From the NCBI RefSeq assembly GCF_964355755.1, contig NC_092680.1, forward strand, positions 11,842,001-11,906,000: DNA of 64,000 bases, in the 5' to 3' direction. Every line of letters begins with the position of its first letter. Position 1 is the stretch's first letter. The notes beneath the pieces were generated by a model. That model was not told the origin of the DNA and made no database searches. It was given only the letters and a program-made list of their open reading frames with translations. Below, piece after piece: positions 1 to 14,298 of the stretch. This DNA comes from Antedon mediterranea. Taxonomy: Eukaryota > Animalia > Echinodermata. The position numbers and the translations under genes are program-made.

Positions 1-3000
1 TTCTGAGCACTTTGGTGTTTTTATGTTAAAAAGTTTTTTCGAAAATCACAAAATAGTCTAAAACGTCTCCAAAGGCGATTTGAAGCTATTCTGTACACTT
101 TGATGTTTTGTGTGAAAAAGTTTTGTCGAAATGCTCAAAATGGTCTAAAACGTTTTTAAAACGATATTAAGCTATTTTGTGCTCTTTGATGTTTTTGTGT
201 AACCAAGTTTCATCGAAAATCACAAAATGGTCTAAAACGTCTCAAAATGCGATTTGAAGCTTTTCTAAGCACTTTGGTGTTTTTATGTTAAAAAGTTTTT
301 TCGAAAATCACAAAATGGTCTAAAACGTCTCCAAATGCGATTTGAAGCTCTTCTGTACACTTTGATGTTTTGTGTGAAAAAGTTTTGTCGAAATGCTCAA
401 AATGGTCTAAAACGTTTTTAAATACGATATTAAGCTGTTTTGTGCACTTTGATGATTTGTGTGAAAAGTTTTAACGAAATGCTCAAAATGGTCTAAAACG
501 GTTTCTAATGTGATTTTAAGCACTTTGATGTTTTTGTGTAACCAAGTTTTTTCGAAAATCACAAAATAGTCTAAAACGTCTCCAAATGCGATTTGAAGCT
601 TTTCTAAGCACTTTGGTGTTTTTATGTTAACAAGTTTTTTCGAAAATCACAAAATGGTCTAAAACGTCTCCAAATGCGATTTGAGGATATTCTGAGCACT
701 TTGGTGTTTTTTTGTTAAAAAGTTTTTTCGAAAATCACAAAATGGTCTAAAACGTCTCCAAATGCGATTTGAAGCTATTCTGTACACTTTGATGTTTTGT
801 GTGAAAAAGTTTTGTCGAAATGCTCAAAATGGTCTAAAACGTTTTTAAATACGATATTAAGCTATTTTGTGATCTTTGATGTTTTTGTGTGAAAAGTTTT
901 ATCGAAATGCTCAAAATGGTCTAAAACGGTTTCTATTGTGATTTTAAGCACTTTGATGATTTTGTGTAACCAAGTTTCATCGAAATGTACAAAATGGTCT
1001 AAAACGTCTCCAAATGCGTTTTGAAGCTATTCTAAGTACTTTTGTGTTTTTATGTTAACAAGTTTTTTCGAAAATCACAAAATGGTCTAAAACGTCTTCA
1101 AATGCGATTTGAAGCTATTCTGTACACTTTGATGTTTTGTGTGAAAAAGTTTTGTCAAAATGCTCAAAATGGTCTAAAACGTTTTTAAAACGATATTAAG
1201 CTATTTTGTGCTCTTTGATGTTTTTGTGTAACCAAGTTTCATCGAAAATCACAAAATGGTCTAAAACGTCTCCAAATGCGATTTGAAGCTATTCTGTACA
1301 CTTTGATGTTTTGTGTGAAAAAGTTTTGTCGAAATGCTCAAAATGGTCTAAAACGTTTTTAAATACGATATTAAGCTATTTTGTGATCTTTGATGTTTTT
1401 GTGTGAAAAGTTTTATCGAAATGCTCAAAATGGTCTAAAACGGTTTCTATTGTGATTTTAAGCACTTTGATGATTTTGTGTAACCAAGTTTCATCGAAAT
1501 GTACAAAATGGTCTAAAACGTCTCCAAATGCGTTTTGAAGCTATTCTAAGTACTTTTGTGTTTTTATGTTAACAAGTTTTTTCGAAAATCACAAAATGGT
1601 CTAAAACGTCTTCAAATGCGATTTGAAGCTCTTCTGTACACTTTGATGTTTTGTGTGAAAAAGTTTTGTCGAAATGCTCAAAATGGTCTAAAACGTTTTT
1701 AAATACGATATTAAGCTGTTTTGTGCACTTTAATGATTTGTGTGAAAAGTTTTAACGAAATGCTCAAAATGGTCTAAAACGGTTTCTAATGCGATTTTAA
1801 GCACTTTGATGTTTTTGTGTAACCAAGTTTTTTCGAAAATCACAAAATGGTCTAAAACGTCTCAAAATGCGATTTGAAGCTTTTCTAAGCACTTTGGTGT
1901 TTTTATGTTAACAAGTTTTTTTCGAAAATCACGAAATGGTCTAAAATGTCTCCAAATGCGATTTGAAGATATTCTGAGCACTTTGGTGTTTTTATGTTAA
2001 AAAGTTTTTTCGAAAATCACAAAATGGTCTAAAACGTCTCCAAATGCGATTTGAAGCTCTTCTGTACACTTTGATGTTTTGTGTGAAAAAGTTTTGTCGA
2101 AATGCTCAAAATGGTCTAAAACGTTTTTAAATACGATATTAAGCTGTTTTGTGCACTTTGATGATTTGTGTGAAAAGTTTTAACGAAATGCTCAAAATGG
2201 TCTAAAACGGTTTCTAATGTGATTTTAAGCACTTTGATGTTTTTGTGTAACCAAGTTTTTTCGAAAATCACAAAATAGTCTAAAACGTCTCCAAATGCGA
2301 TTTGAAGCTTTTCTAAGCACTTTGGTGTTTTATGTTAACAAGTTTTCTCGAAAATCACAAAATGGTCTAAAACGTCTCCAAATGCGATTTGAGGATATTC
2401 TGAGCACTTTGGTGTTTTTTCGTTAAAAAGTTTTTTCGAAAATCACAAAATGGTCTAAAACGTCTCCAAATGCGATTTGAAGCTATTCTGTACACTTTGA
2501 TGTTTTGTGTGAAAAAGTTTTGTCGAAATGCTCAAAATGGTCTAAAACGTTTTGAAATACGATATTAAGCTATTTTGTGATCTTTGATGTTTTTGTGTGA
2601 AAAGTTTTATCGAAATGCTCAAAATGGTCTAAAACGGTTTCTATTGTGATTTTAAGCACTTTGATGATTTTGTGTAACCAAGTTTCATCGAAATGTACAA
2701 AATGGTCTAAAATGTCTCCAAATGCGATTTGAAGCTATTCTAAGTACTTTTGTGTTTTTATGTTAACAAGTTTTTTCGAAAATCACAAAATGGTCTAAAA
2801 CGTCTTCAAATGCGATTTGAAGCTATTCTGTACACTTTGATGTTTTGTGTGAAAAAGTTTTGTCAAAATGCTCAAAATGGTCTAAAACGTTTTTAAAACG
2901 ATATTAAGCTATTTTGTGCTCTTTGATGTTTTTGTGTAACCAAGTTTCATCGAAAATCACAAAATGGTCTAAAACGTCTCCAAATGCGATTTGAAGCTTT

Positions 3001-6000
3001 TCTAAGCACTTTGGTGTTTTTATGTTAACAATTTTTTTCGAAAATCACAAAATGGTCTAAAACATCTCCAAATGCGATTTGAAGCTCTTCTGTACACTTT
3101 GATGTTTTGTGTGAAAAAGTTTTGTCGAAATTCTCAAAATGGTCTAAAAGGTTTTTAAATACGATATTAAGCTGTTTTGAGCACTTTGATGATTTGTGTG
3201 AAAAGTTTTAACGAAATGCTCAAAATGGTCTAAAACGGTTTCTAATGTGATTTTAAGCACTTTGATGTTTTTGTGTAACCAAGTTTTTTCGAAAATCACA
3301 AAATAGTCTAAAACGTCTCCAAATGCGATTTGAAGCTTTTCTAAGCACTTTGGTGTTTTTATGTTAACAAATTTTTTCGAAAATCACAAAATGGTCTAAA
3401 ACGTCTCCAAATGCGATTTGAGGATATTCTGAGCACTTTGGTGTTTTTTTGTTAAAAAGTTTTTTCGAAAATCACAAAATGGTCTAAAACGTCTCCAAAT
3501 GCGATTTGAAGCTATTCTGTACACTTTGATGTTTTGTGTGAAAAAGTTTTGTCGAAATGCTCAAAATGGTCTAAAACGTTTTTAAATACGATATTAGGCT
3601 ATTTTGTGATCTTTGATGTTTTTGTGTGAAAAGTTTTATCGAAATGCTCAAAATGGTCTAAAACGGTTTCTATTGTGATTTTAAGCACTTTGATGATTTT
3701 GTGTAACCAAGTTTCATCGAAATGTACAAAATGGTCTAAAACGTCTCCAAATTCGATTTGAAGCTATTCTAAGTACTTTTGTGTTTTTATGTTAACAAGT
3801 TTTTTCGAAAATCACAAAATGGTCTAAAACGTCTTCAAATGCGATTTGAAGCTATTCTGTACACTTTGATGTTTTGTGTGAAAAAGTTTTGTCAAAATGC
3901 TCAAAATGGTCTAAAACGTTTTTAAAACGATATTAAGCTATTTTGTGCTCTTTGATGTTTTTGTGTAACCAAGTTTCATCGAAAATCACAAAATGGTCTA
4001 AAACGTCTCCAAATGCGATTGGAAGCTTTTCTAAGCACTTTGGTGTTTTTATGTTAACAAGTTTTTTCGAAAATCACAAAATGGTCTAAAACGTCTCCAA
4101 ATGCGATTTGAAGCTCTTCTGTACACTTTGATGTTTTGTGTGAAAAAGTTATGTCGAAATTCTCAAAATGGTCTAAAACGTTTTTAAATACGATATTAAG
4201 CTGTTTTGTGCACTTTGATGATTTGTGTGAAAAGTTTTAACGAAATGCTCAAAATGGTCAAAAACGGTTTTTAATGTGATTTTAAGCACTTTGATGTTTT
4301 TGTGTAACCAAGTTTTTTCGAAAATCACAAAATGGTCTAAAACGTCTCCAAATGCGATTTGAAGCTTTTCTAAGCACTTTGGTGTTTTTATGTTAACAAG
4401 TTTTTTCGAAAATCACAAAATGGTCTAAAACGTCTCCAAATGCGATTTGAAGATATTCTGAGCACTTTGGTGTTTTTATGTTAAAAAGTTTTTTCGAAAA
4501 TCACAAAATGGTCTAAAACGTCTTCAAATGCGATTTGAAGCTATTCTGTACACTTTGATGTTTTGTGTGAAAAAGTTTTGTCGAAATGCTCAAAATGGTC
4601 TAAAACGGTTTCTAATGCGATTTGAAGCTATTCTGTACACTTTGAAGTTTTGTGTGAAAAAGTTTTCTCGAAATGCTCAAAATGGTCTAAAACGTTTTTA
4701 TATACCATATTAAGCTATTTTGTGCACTTTGATGTTTTTTGTGAAAAGTTTTATCGAAATTCTCAAAATGGTCTAAAACGGTTTCTATTGTGATTTTAAG
4801 CACTTTGATGATTTTGTGTAACCAAGTTTCATCGAAATGTACAAAATGGTCTAAAACGTCTCCAAATGCGATTTGAAGCTATTCTAAGTACTTTTGTGTT
4901 TTTATGTTAACAAGTTTTTTCGAAAATCACAAAATGGTCTAAAACGTCTTCAAATGCGATTTGAAGCTATTCTGTACACTTTGATGTTTTGTGTGAAAAA
5001 GTTTTGTCGAAATGCTCAAAATGGTCTAAAACGTTTTTAAATACGATATTAAGCTATTTTGTGATCTTTGATGTTTTTGTGTGAAAAGTTTTATCGAAAT
5101 GCTCAAAATGGTCTAAAACGGTTTCTATTGTGATTTTAAGCACTTTGATGATTTTGTGTAACCAAGTTTCATCGAAATGTACAAAATGGTCTAAAACGTC
5201 TCCAAATGCGATTTGAAGCTATTCTAAGTACTTTTGTGTTTTTATGTTAACAAGTTTTTTCGAAAATCACAAAATGGTCTAAAACGTCTTCAAATGCGAT
5301 TTGAATCTATTCTGTACACTTTGGTGTTTTTATGTTAAAAAGTTTTTTTGAAAATCACAAAAAGGTCTAAAACGTCTCAAAATGCGATTTGAAGCTATTC
5401 TGTACACTTTGATGTTTTGTGTGAAAAAGTTTTCTCGAAATGCTCAAAATGGTCTAAAACGTTTTTAAAACGATATTAAGCTATTTTGTGCTCTTTGATG
5501 TTTTTGTTTAACCAAGTTTCATCGAAAATCACAAAATGGTCTAAAACGTTTCCAAATGCGATTTGAAGCTCTTCTGTACACTTTGATGTTTTGTGTGAAA
5601 AAGTTTTGTCGAAATTCTCAAAATGGTCTAAAACGTTTTTAAATACGATATTAAGCTGTTTTGTGCACTTAGATGATTTGTGTGAAAAGTTTTAACGAAA
5701 TGCTCAAAATGGTCAAAAACGGTTTCTAATGTGATTTTAAGCACTTTGATGTTTTTGTGTAACCAAGTTTTTTCGAAAATCACAAAATGGTCTAAAACGT
5801 CTCCAAATGCGATTTGAAGCTTTTCTAAGCACTTTGGTGTTTTTATGTTAACAAGTTTTTTTGAAAATCACAAAATGGTCTAAAACGTCTCCAAATGCGA
5901 TTTGAAGATATTCTGAGCACTTTGGTGTTTTTATGTTAAAAAGTTTTTTCGAAAATCACAAAATAGTCTAAAACGTCTCCAAATGCGATTTGAAGCTATT

Positions 6001-9000
6001 CTGTACACTTTGATGTTTTGTGTGAAAAAGTTTTGTCGAAATACTCAAAATGGTCTAAAACGTTCTTAAAACGATATTAAGCTATTTTGTGCTCTTTGAT
6101 GTTTTTGTGTAACCAAGTTTCATCGAAAATCACAAAATGGTCTAAAACGTCTCCAAATGCGATTTGAAGCTTTTCTAAGCACTTTGGTGTTTTTATGTTA
6201 ACAAGTTTTTTTCGAAAATCACGAAATGGTCTAAAACGTCTCCAAATGCGATTTGAAGATATTCTGAGCACTTTGGTGTTTTTATGTTAAAAAGTTTTTT
6301 CGAAAATCACAAAATGGTCTAAAACGTCTCCAAATGCGATTTGAAGCTCTTCTGTACACTTTGATGTTTTGTGTGAAAAAGTTTTGTCGAAATGCTCAAA
6401 ATGGTCTAAAACGTTTTTAAATACGATATTAAGCTGTTTTGTGCACTTTAATGATTTGTGTGAAAAGTTTTAACGAAATGCTCAAAATGGTCTAAAACGG
6501 TTTCTAATGTGATTTTAAGCACTTTGATGTTTTTGTGTAACCAAGTTTTTTTCGAAAATCACAAAATGGTCTAAAACGTCTCCAAATGCGATTTGAAGCT
6601 TTTCTAAGCACTTTGGTGTTTTTATGTTAACAAGTTTTTTCGAAAATCACAAAATGGTCTAAAACGTCTCCAAATGCGATTTGAGGATATTCTGAGCACT
6701 TTGGTGTTTTTTTGTTAAAAAGTTTTTTCGAAAATCACAAAATGGTCTAAAACGTCTCCAAATGCGATTTGAAGCTATTCTGTACACTTTGATGTTTTGT
6801 GTGAAAAAGTTTTGTCGAAATGCTCAAAATGGTCTAAAACGTTTTTAAATACGATATTAAGCTATTTTGTGATCTTTGATGTTTTTGTGTGAAAAGTTTT
6901 ATCGAAATGCTCAAAATGGTCTAAAACGGTTTCTATTGTGATTTTAAGCACTTTGATGATTTTGTGTAACCAAGTTTCATCGAAATGTACAAAATGGTCT
7001 AAAACGTCTCCAAATGCGATTTGAAGCTATTCTAAGTACTTTTGTGTTTTTATGTTAACAAGTTTTTTCGAAAATCACAAAATGGTCTAAAACGTCTTCA
7101 AATGCGATTTGAAGCTATTCTGTACACTTTGATGTTTTGTGTGAAAAAGTTTTGTCAAAATGCTCAAAATGGTCTAAAACGTTTTTAAAACGATATTAAG
7201 CTATTTTGTGCTCTTTGATGTTTTTGTGTAACCAAGTTTCATCGAAAATCACAAAATGGTCTAAAACGTCTCCAAATGCGATTTGAAGCTTTTCTAAGCA
7301 CTTTGGTGTTTTTATGTTAACAAGTTTTTTCGAAAATCACAAAATGGTCTAAAACGTCTCCAAATGCGATTTGAAGCTCTTCTGTACACTTTGATGTTTT
7401 GTTTGAAAAAGTTTTGTCGAAATTCTCAAAATGGTCTAAAACGTTTTTAAATACGATATTAAGCTGTTTTGTGCACTTTGATGATTTGTGTGAAAAGTTT
7501 TAACGAAATGCTCAAAATGGTCTAAAACGGTTTCTAATGTGATTTTAAGCACTTTGATGTTTTTGTGTAACCAAGTTTTTTAAAAAATCACAAAATGGTC
7601 TAAAACGTCTCCAAATGCGATTTGAAGCTTTTCTAAGCACTTTGGTGTTTTTATGTTAACAAGTTTTTTCGAAAATCACAAAATGGTCTAAAACGTCTCC
7701 AAATGCGATTTGAAGATATTCTGAGCACTTTGGTATTTTTATGTTTAAAAGTTTTTTCGAAAATGACAAAATGGTCTAAAACGTCTCCAAACGCGATTTG
7801 AAGCTCTTCTGTACACTTTGATGTTTTGTGTGAAAAAGTTTTGTCGAAATTCTCAAAATGGTCTAAAACGTTTTTAAATACGATATTAAGCTGTTTTGTG
7901 CACTTTGATGATTTGTGTGAAAAGTTTTAACGAAATGCTCAAAATGGTCAAAAACGGTTTCTAATGTGATTTTAAGCACTTTGATGTTTTTGTGTAACCA
8001 AGTTTTTTCAAAAATCACAAAATGGTCTAAAACGTCTCCAAATGCGATTTGAAGCTTTTCTAAGCACTTTGGTGTTTTTATGTTAACAAGTTTTTTCGAA
8101 AATCACAAAATGGTCTAAAACGTCTCCAAATGCGATTTGAAGATATTCTGAGCACTTTGGTGTTTTTATGTTAAAAAGTTTTTTCGAAAATCACAAAATA
8201 GTCTAAAACGTTTCCAAATGCGATTTGAAGCTATTCTGTACACTTTGATGTTTTGTGTGAAAAAGTTTTGTCGAAATGCTCAAAATGGTCTAAAACGTTT
8301 TTAAAACGATATTATTAAGCTATTTTGTGCTCTTTGATGTTTTTGTGTAACCAAGTTTCATCGAAAATCACAAAATGGTCTAAAACGTCTCAAAATGCGA
8401 TTTGAAGCTTTTCTAAGCACTTTGGTGTTTTTATCTTAACAAGTTTTTTCGAAAATCACGAAATGGTCTAAAATGTCTCCAAATGCGATTTGAAGATATT
8501 CTGAGCACTTTGGTGTTTTTATGTTAAAAAGTTTTTTCGAAAATCACAAAATGGTCTAAAACGTCTCCAAATGCGATTTGAAGCTCTTCTGTACACTTTG
8601 ATGTTTTGTGTGAAAAAGTTTTGTCAAAATGCTCAAAATGGTCAAAAACGGTTTCTAATGTGATTTTAAGCACTTTGATGTTTTTGTGTAACCAAGTTTT
8701 TTAAAAAATCACAAAATGGTCTAAAACGTCTCCAAATGCGATTTGAAGCTTTTCTAAGCACTTTGGTGTTTTTATGTTAACAAGTTTTTTCGAAAATCAC
8801 AAAATGGTCTAAAACGTCTCCAAATGCGATTTGAAGATATTCTGAGCACTTTGGTGTTTTTATGTTAAAAAGTTTTTTCGAAAAACACAAAATAGTCTAA
8901 AACGTCTCAAAATGCGATTTGAAGCTATTCTGTACACTTTGATGTTTTGTGTGAAAAAGTTTTGTCGAAATGCTCAAAATGGTCTAAAACGTTTTTAAAA

Positions 9001-12000
9001 CGATATTAAGCTATTTTGTGCTCTTTGATGTTTTTGTGTAACCAAGTTTCATCGAAAATCACAAAATGGTCTAAAACGTCTCAAAATGCGATTTGAAGCT
9101 TTTCTAAGCACTTTGGTGTTTTTATGTTAACAATTTTTTTCGAAAATCACAAAATGGTCTAAAACATCTCCAAATGCGATTTGAAGCTCTTCTGTACACT
9201 TTGATGTTTTGTGTGAAAAAGTTTTGTCGAAATTCTCAAAATGGTCTAAAAGGTTTTTAAATACGATATTAAGCTGTTTTGTGCACTTTGATGATTTGTG
9301 TGAAAAGTTTTAACGAAATGCTCAAAATGGTCTAAAACGGTTTCTAATGTGATTTTAAGCACTTTGATGTTTTTGTGTAACCAAGTTTTTTCGAAAATCA
9401 CAAAATAGTCTAAAACGTCTCCAAATGCGATTTGAAGCTTTTCTAAGCACTTTGGTGTTTTTATGTTAACAAGTTTTTTCGAAAATCACAAAATGGTCTA
9501 AAACGTCTCCAAATGCGATTTGAGGATATTCTGAGCACTTTGGTGTTTTTTTGTTAAAAAGTTTTTTCAAAAATCACAAAATGGTCTAAAACGTCTCCAA
9601 ATGCGATTTGAAGCTATTCTGTACACTTTGATGTTTTGTGTGAAAAAGTTTTGTCGAAATGCTCAAAATGGTCTAAAACGTTTTTAAATACGATATTAGG
9701 CTATTTTGTGATCTTTGATGTTTTTGTGTGAAAAGTTTTATCGAAATGCTCAAAATGGTCTAAAACGGTTTCTATTGTGATTTTAAGCACTTTGATGATT
9801 TTGTGTAACCAAGTTTCATCGAAATGTACAAAATGGTCTAAAACGTCTCCAAATGCGATTTGAAGCTATTCTAAGTACTTTTGTGTTTTTATGTTAACAA
9901 GTTTTTTCGAAAATCACAAAATGGTCTAAAACGTCTTCAAATGCGATTTGAAGCTATTCTGTACACTTTGATGTTTTGTGTGAAAAAGTTTTGTCAAAAT
10001 GCTCAAAATGGTCTAAAACGTTTTTAAAACGATATTAAGCTATTTTGTGCTCTTTGATGTTTTTGTGTAACCAAGTTTCATCGAAAATCACAAAATGGTC
10101 TAAAACGTCTCCAAATGCGATTTGAAGCTTTTCTAAGCACTTTGGTGTTTTTATGTTAACAAGTTTTTTCGAAAATCACAAAATGGTCTAAAACGTCTCC
10201 AAATGCGATTTGAAGCTCTTCTGTACACTTTGATGTTTTGTGTGAAAAAGTTTTGTCGAAATTCTCAAAATGGTCTAAAACGTTTTTAAATACGATATTA
10301 AGCTGTTTTGTGCACTTTGATGATTTGTGTGAAAAGTTTTAACGAAATGCTCAAAATGGTCAAAAACGGTTTTTAATGTGATTTTAAGCACTTTGATGTT
10401 TTTGTGTAACCAAGTTTTTTCGAAAATCACAAAATGGTCTAAAACGTCTCCAAATGCGATTTGAAGCTTTTCTAAGCACTTTGGTGTTTTTATGTTAACA
10501 AGTTTTTTCGAAAATCACAAAATGGTCTAAAACGTCTCCAAATGCGATTTGAAGATATTCTGAGCACTTTGGTGTTTTTATGTTAAAAAGTTTTTTCGAA
10601 AATCACAAAATGGTCTAAAACGTCTTCAAATGCGATTTGAAGCTATTCTGTACACTTTGATGTTTTGTGTGAAAAAGTTTTGTCGAAATGCTCAAAATGG
10701 TCTAAAACGGTTTCTAATGCGATTTGAAGCTATTCTGTACACTTTGAAGTTTTGTGTGAAAAAGTTTTCTCGAAATGCTCAAAATGGTCTAAAACGTTTT
10801 TATATACCATATTAAGCTATTTTGTGCACTTTGATGTTTTTTGTGAAAAGTTTTATCGAAATTCTCAAAATGGTCTAAAACGGTTTCTATTGTGATTTTA
10901 AGCACTTTGATGATTTTGTGTAACCAAGTTTCATCGAAATGTACAAAATGGTCTAAAACGTCTATAAATGCGATTTGAAGCTATTCTAAGTACTTTTGTG
11001 TTTTTATGTTAACAAGTTTTTTCGAAAATCACAAAATGGTCTAAAACGTCTTCAAATGCGATTTGAAGCTATTCTGTACACTTTGATGTTTTGTGTGAAA
11101 AGTTTTGTCGAAATGCTCAAAATGGTCTAAAACGTTTTTAAATACGATATTAAGCTATTTTGTGATCTTTGATGTTTTTGTGTGAAAAGTTTTATCGAAA
11201 TGCTCAAAATGGTCTAAAACGGTTTCTATTGTGATTTTAAGCACTTTGATGATTTTGTGTAACCAAGTTTCATCGAAATGTACAAAATGGTCTAAAACGT
11301 CTCCAAATGCGATTTGAAGCTATTCTAAGTACTTTTGTGTTTTTATGTTAACAAGTTTTTTCGAAAATCACAAAATGGTCTAAAACGTCTTCAAATGCGA
11401 TTTGAATCTATTCTGTACACTTTGGTGTTTTTATGTTAAAAAGTTTTTTTGAAAATCACAAAAAGGTCTAAAACGTCTCAAAATGCGATTTGAAGCTATT
11501 CTGTACACTTTGATGTTTTGTGTGAAAAAGTTTTCTCGAAATGCTCAAAATGGTCTAAAACGTTTTTAAAACGATATTAAGCTATTTTGTGCTCTTTGAT
11601 GTTTTTGTGTAACCAAGTTTCATCAAAATCAACAAAATGGTCTAATACGTCTCCAAATGCGATTTGAAGCTTTTCCAAGCACTTTGCTGTTTTTATGTTA
11701 ACAAGTTTTTTCGAAAATCACAAAATGGTCTAAAACGTCTTCAAATGCGATTTGAAGCTATTCTGTACACTTTGATGTTTTGTGTGAAAAAGTTTTGTCA
11801 AAATGCTCAAAATGGTCTAAAACGTTTTTAAATACGATATTAAGCTATTTTGTGATCTTTGATGTTTTTGTGTGAAAAGTTTTATCGAAATGCTCAAAAT
11901 GGTCTAAAACGGTTTCTAATGCGATTTGAAGCTATTCTGTACACTTTGAAGTTTTTTGTGAAAAAGTTTTCTCGAAATGCTCAAAATGGTCTAAAAAGTT

Positions 12001-14298
12001 TTTATATACCATATTAAGCTATTTTGTGCACTTTGATGTTTTTTGTGAAAAGTTTTATCGAAATGCTCAAAATGGTCTAAAACGGTTTCTATTGTGATTT
12101 TAAGCACTTTGATGATTTTGTGTAACCAAGTTTCATCGAAATGTACAAAATGGTCTAAAACGTCTCCAAATGCGATTTGAAGCTATTCTAAGTACTTTTG
12201 TGTTTTTATGTTAACAAGTTTTTTCGAAAATCACAAAATGGTCTAAAACGTCTTCAAATGCGATTTGAAGCACTTTGATGATTTTGTGTAACCAAGTTTC
12301 ATCGAAATGTACAAAATGGTCTAAAACGTCTCCAAATGCGATTTGAAGCTCTTCTGTACACTTTGATGTTTTGTGTGAAAAAGTTTTGTCGAAATTCTCA
12401 AAATGGTCTAAAACGTTTTTAAATACGATATTAAGCTGTTTTGTGCACTTTGATGATTTGTGTGAAAAGTTTTAACGAAATGCTCAAAATGGTCAAAAAC
12501 GGTTTCTAATGTGATTTTAAGCACTTTGATGTTTTTGTGTAACCAAGTTTTTTCGAAAATCACAAAATGGTCTAAAACGTCTCCAAATGCGATTTGAAGC
12601 TTTTCTAAGCACTTTGGTGTTTTTATGTTAACAAGTTTTTTCGAAAATCACAAAATGGTCTAAAACGTCTCCAAATGCGATTTGAGGATATTCTGAGCAC
12701 TTTGGTGTTTTTATGTTAAAAAGTTTTTTCGAAAATCACAAAATGGTCTAAAACGTCTCCAAATGCGATTTGAAGCTATTCTGTACACTTTGATGTTTTG
12801 TGTGAAAATTTTTGTCGAAATGCTCAAAATGGTCTAAAACGTTTTTAAAACGATATTAAGCTATTTTGTGCTCTTTGATGTTTTTGTGTAACCAAGTTTC
12901 ATCGAAATCAACAAAATGGTCTAATACGTCTCCAAATGCGATTTGAAGCTTTTCCAAGCACTTTGCTGTTTTTATGTTAACAAGTTTTTTCGAAAATCAC
13001 AAAATGGTCTAAAACGTCTTCAAATGCGATTTGAAGCTATTCTGTACACTTTGATGTTTTGTGTGAAAAAGTTTTGTCGAAATGCTCAAAATGGTCTAAA
13101 ACGTTTTTAAATACGATATTAAGCTATTTTGTGATCTTTGATGTTTTTGTGTGAAAAGTTTTATCGAAATGCTCAAAATGGTCTAAAACGGTTTCTAATG
13201 CGATTTGAAGCTATTCTGTACCCTTTTGAAGTTTTTTGTGAAAAAGTTTTCTCGAAATGCTCAAAATGGTCTAAAAAGTTTTTATATACCATATTAAGCT
13301 ATTTTGTGCACTTTGATGTTTTTTGTGAAAAGTTTTATCGAAATGCTCAAAATGGTCTAAAACGGTTTCTATTGTGATTTTAAGAACTTTGATGATTTTG
13401 TGTAACCAAGTTTCATCGAAATGTACAAAATGGTCTAAAACGTCTCCAAATGCGATTTGAAGCTATTCTAAGTACTTTTGTGTTTTTATGTTAACAAGTT
13501 TTTTCGAAAATCAGAAAATGGTCTAAAACGTCTTCAAATGCGATTTGAAGCTATTCTGTACACTTTTATGTTTTGTGTGAAAAAGTTTTGTCGAAATTCT
13601 CAAAATGGTCTAAAACGTTTTTAAATACGATATTAAGCTGTTTTGTGCACTTTGATGATTTGTGTGAAAAGTTTTAACGAAATGCTCAAAATGGTCAAAA
13701 ACGGTTTCTAATGTGATTTTAAGCACTTTGATGTTTTTGTGTAACCAAGTTTTTTCAAAAATCACAAAATGGTCTAAAACGTCTCCAAATGCGATTTGAA
13801 GCTTTTCTAAGCACTTTGGTGTTTTTATGTTAACAAGTTTTTTCGAAAATCACAAAATGGTCTAAAACGTCTCCAAATGCGATTTGAAGATATTCTGAGC
13901 ACTTTGGTGTTTTTATGTTAAAAAGTTTTTTCGAAAATCACAAAATAGTCTAAAACGTCTCCAAATGCGATTTGAAGCTATTCTGTACACTTTGATGTTT
14001 TGTGTGAAAAAGTTTTGTCGAAATGCTGAAAATGGTCTAAAACGTTTTTAAAACGATATTAAGCTATTTTGTGCTCTTTGATGTTTTTGTGTAACCAAGT
14101 TTCATCGAAAATCACAAAATGGTCTAAAACGTCTCAAAATGCGATTTGAAGCTTTTCTAAGCACTTTGGTGTTTTTATGTTAACAAGTTTTTTCGAAAAT
14201 CACGAAATGGTCTAAAATGTCTCCAAATGCGATTTGAAGATATTCTGAGCACTTTGGTGTTTTTATGTTAAAAAGTTTTTTTCGAAAATCACAAAATG

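Noticed and set aside
1921-1940. CENP-B-box-like TTCGAAAATCACGAAA
   Set aside because: It matches TTCG and CG but lacks the conserved A and the GG of TTCG-N4-A-N2-CGGG, and occurs only in a minor variant.
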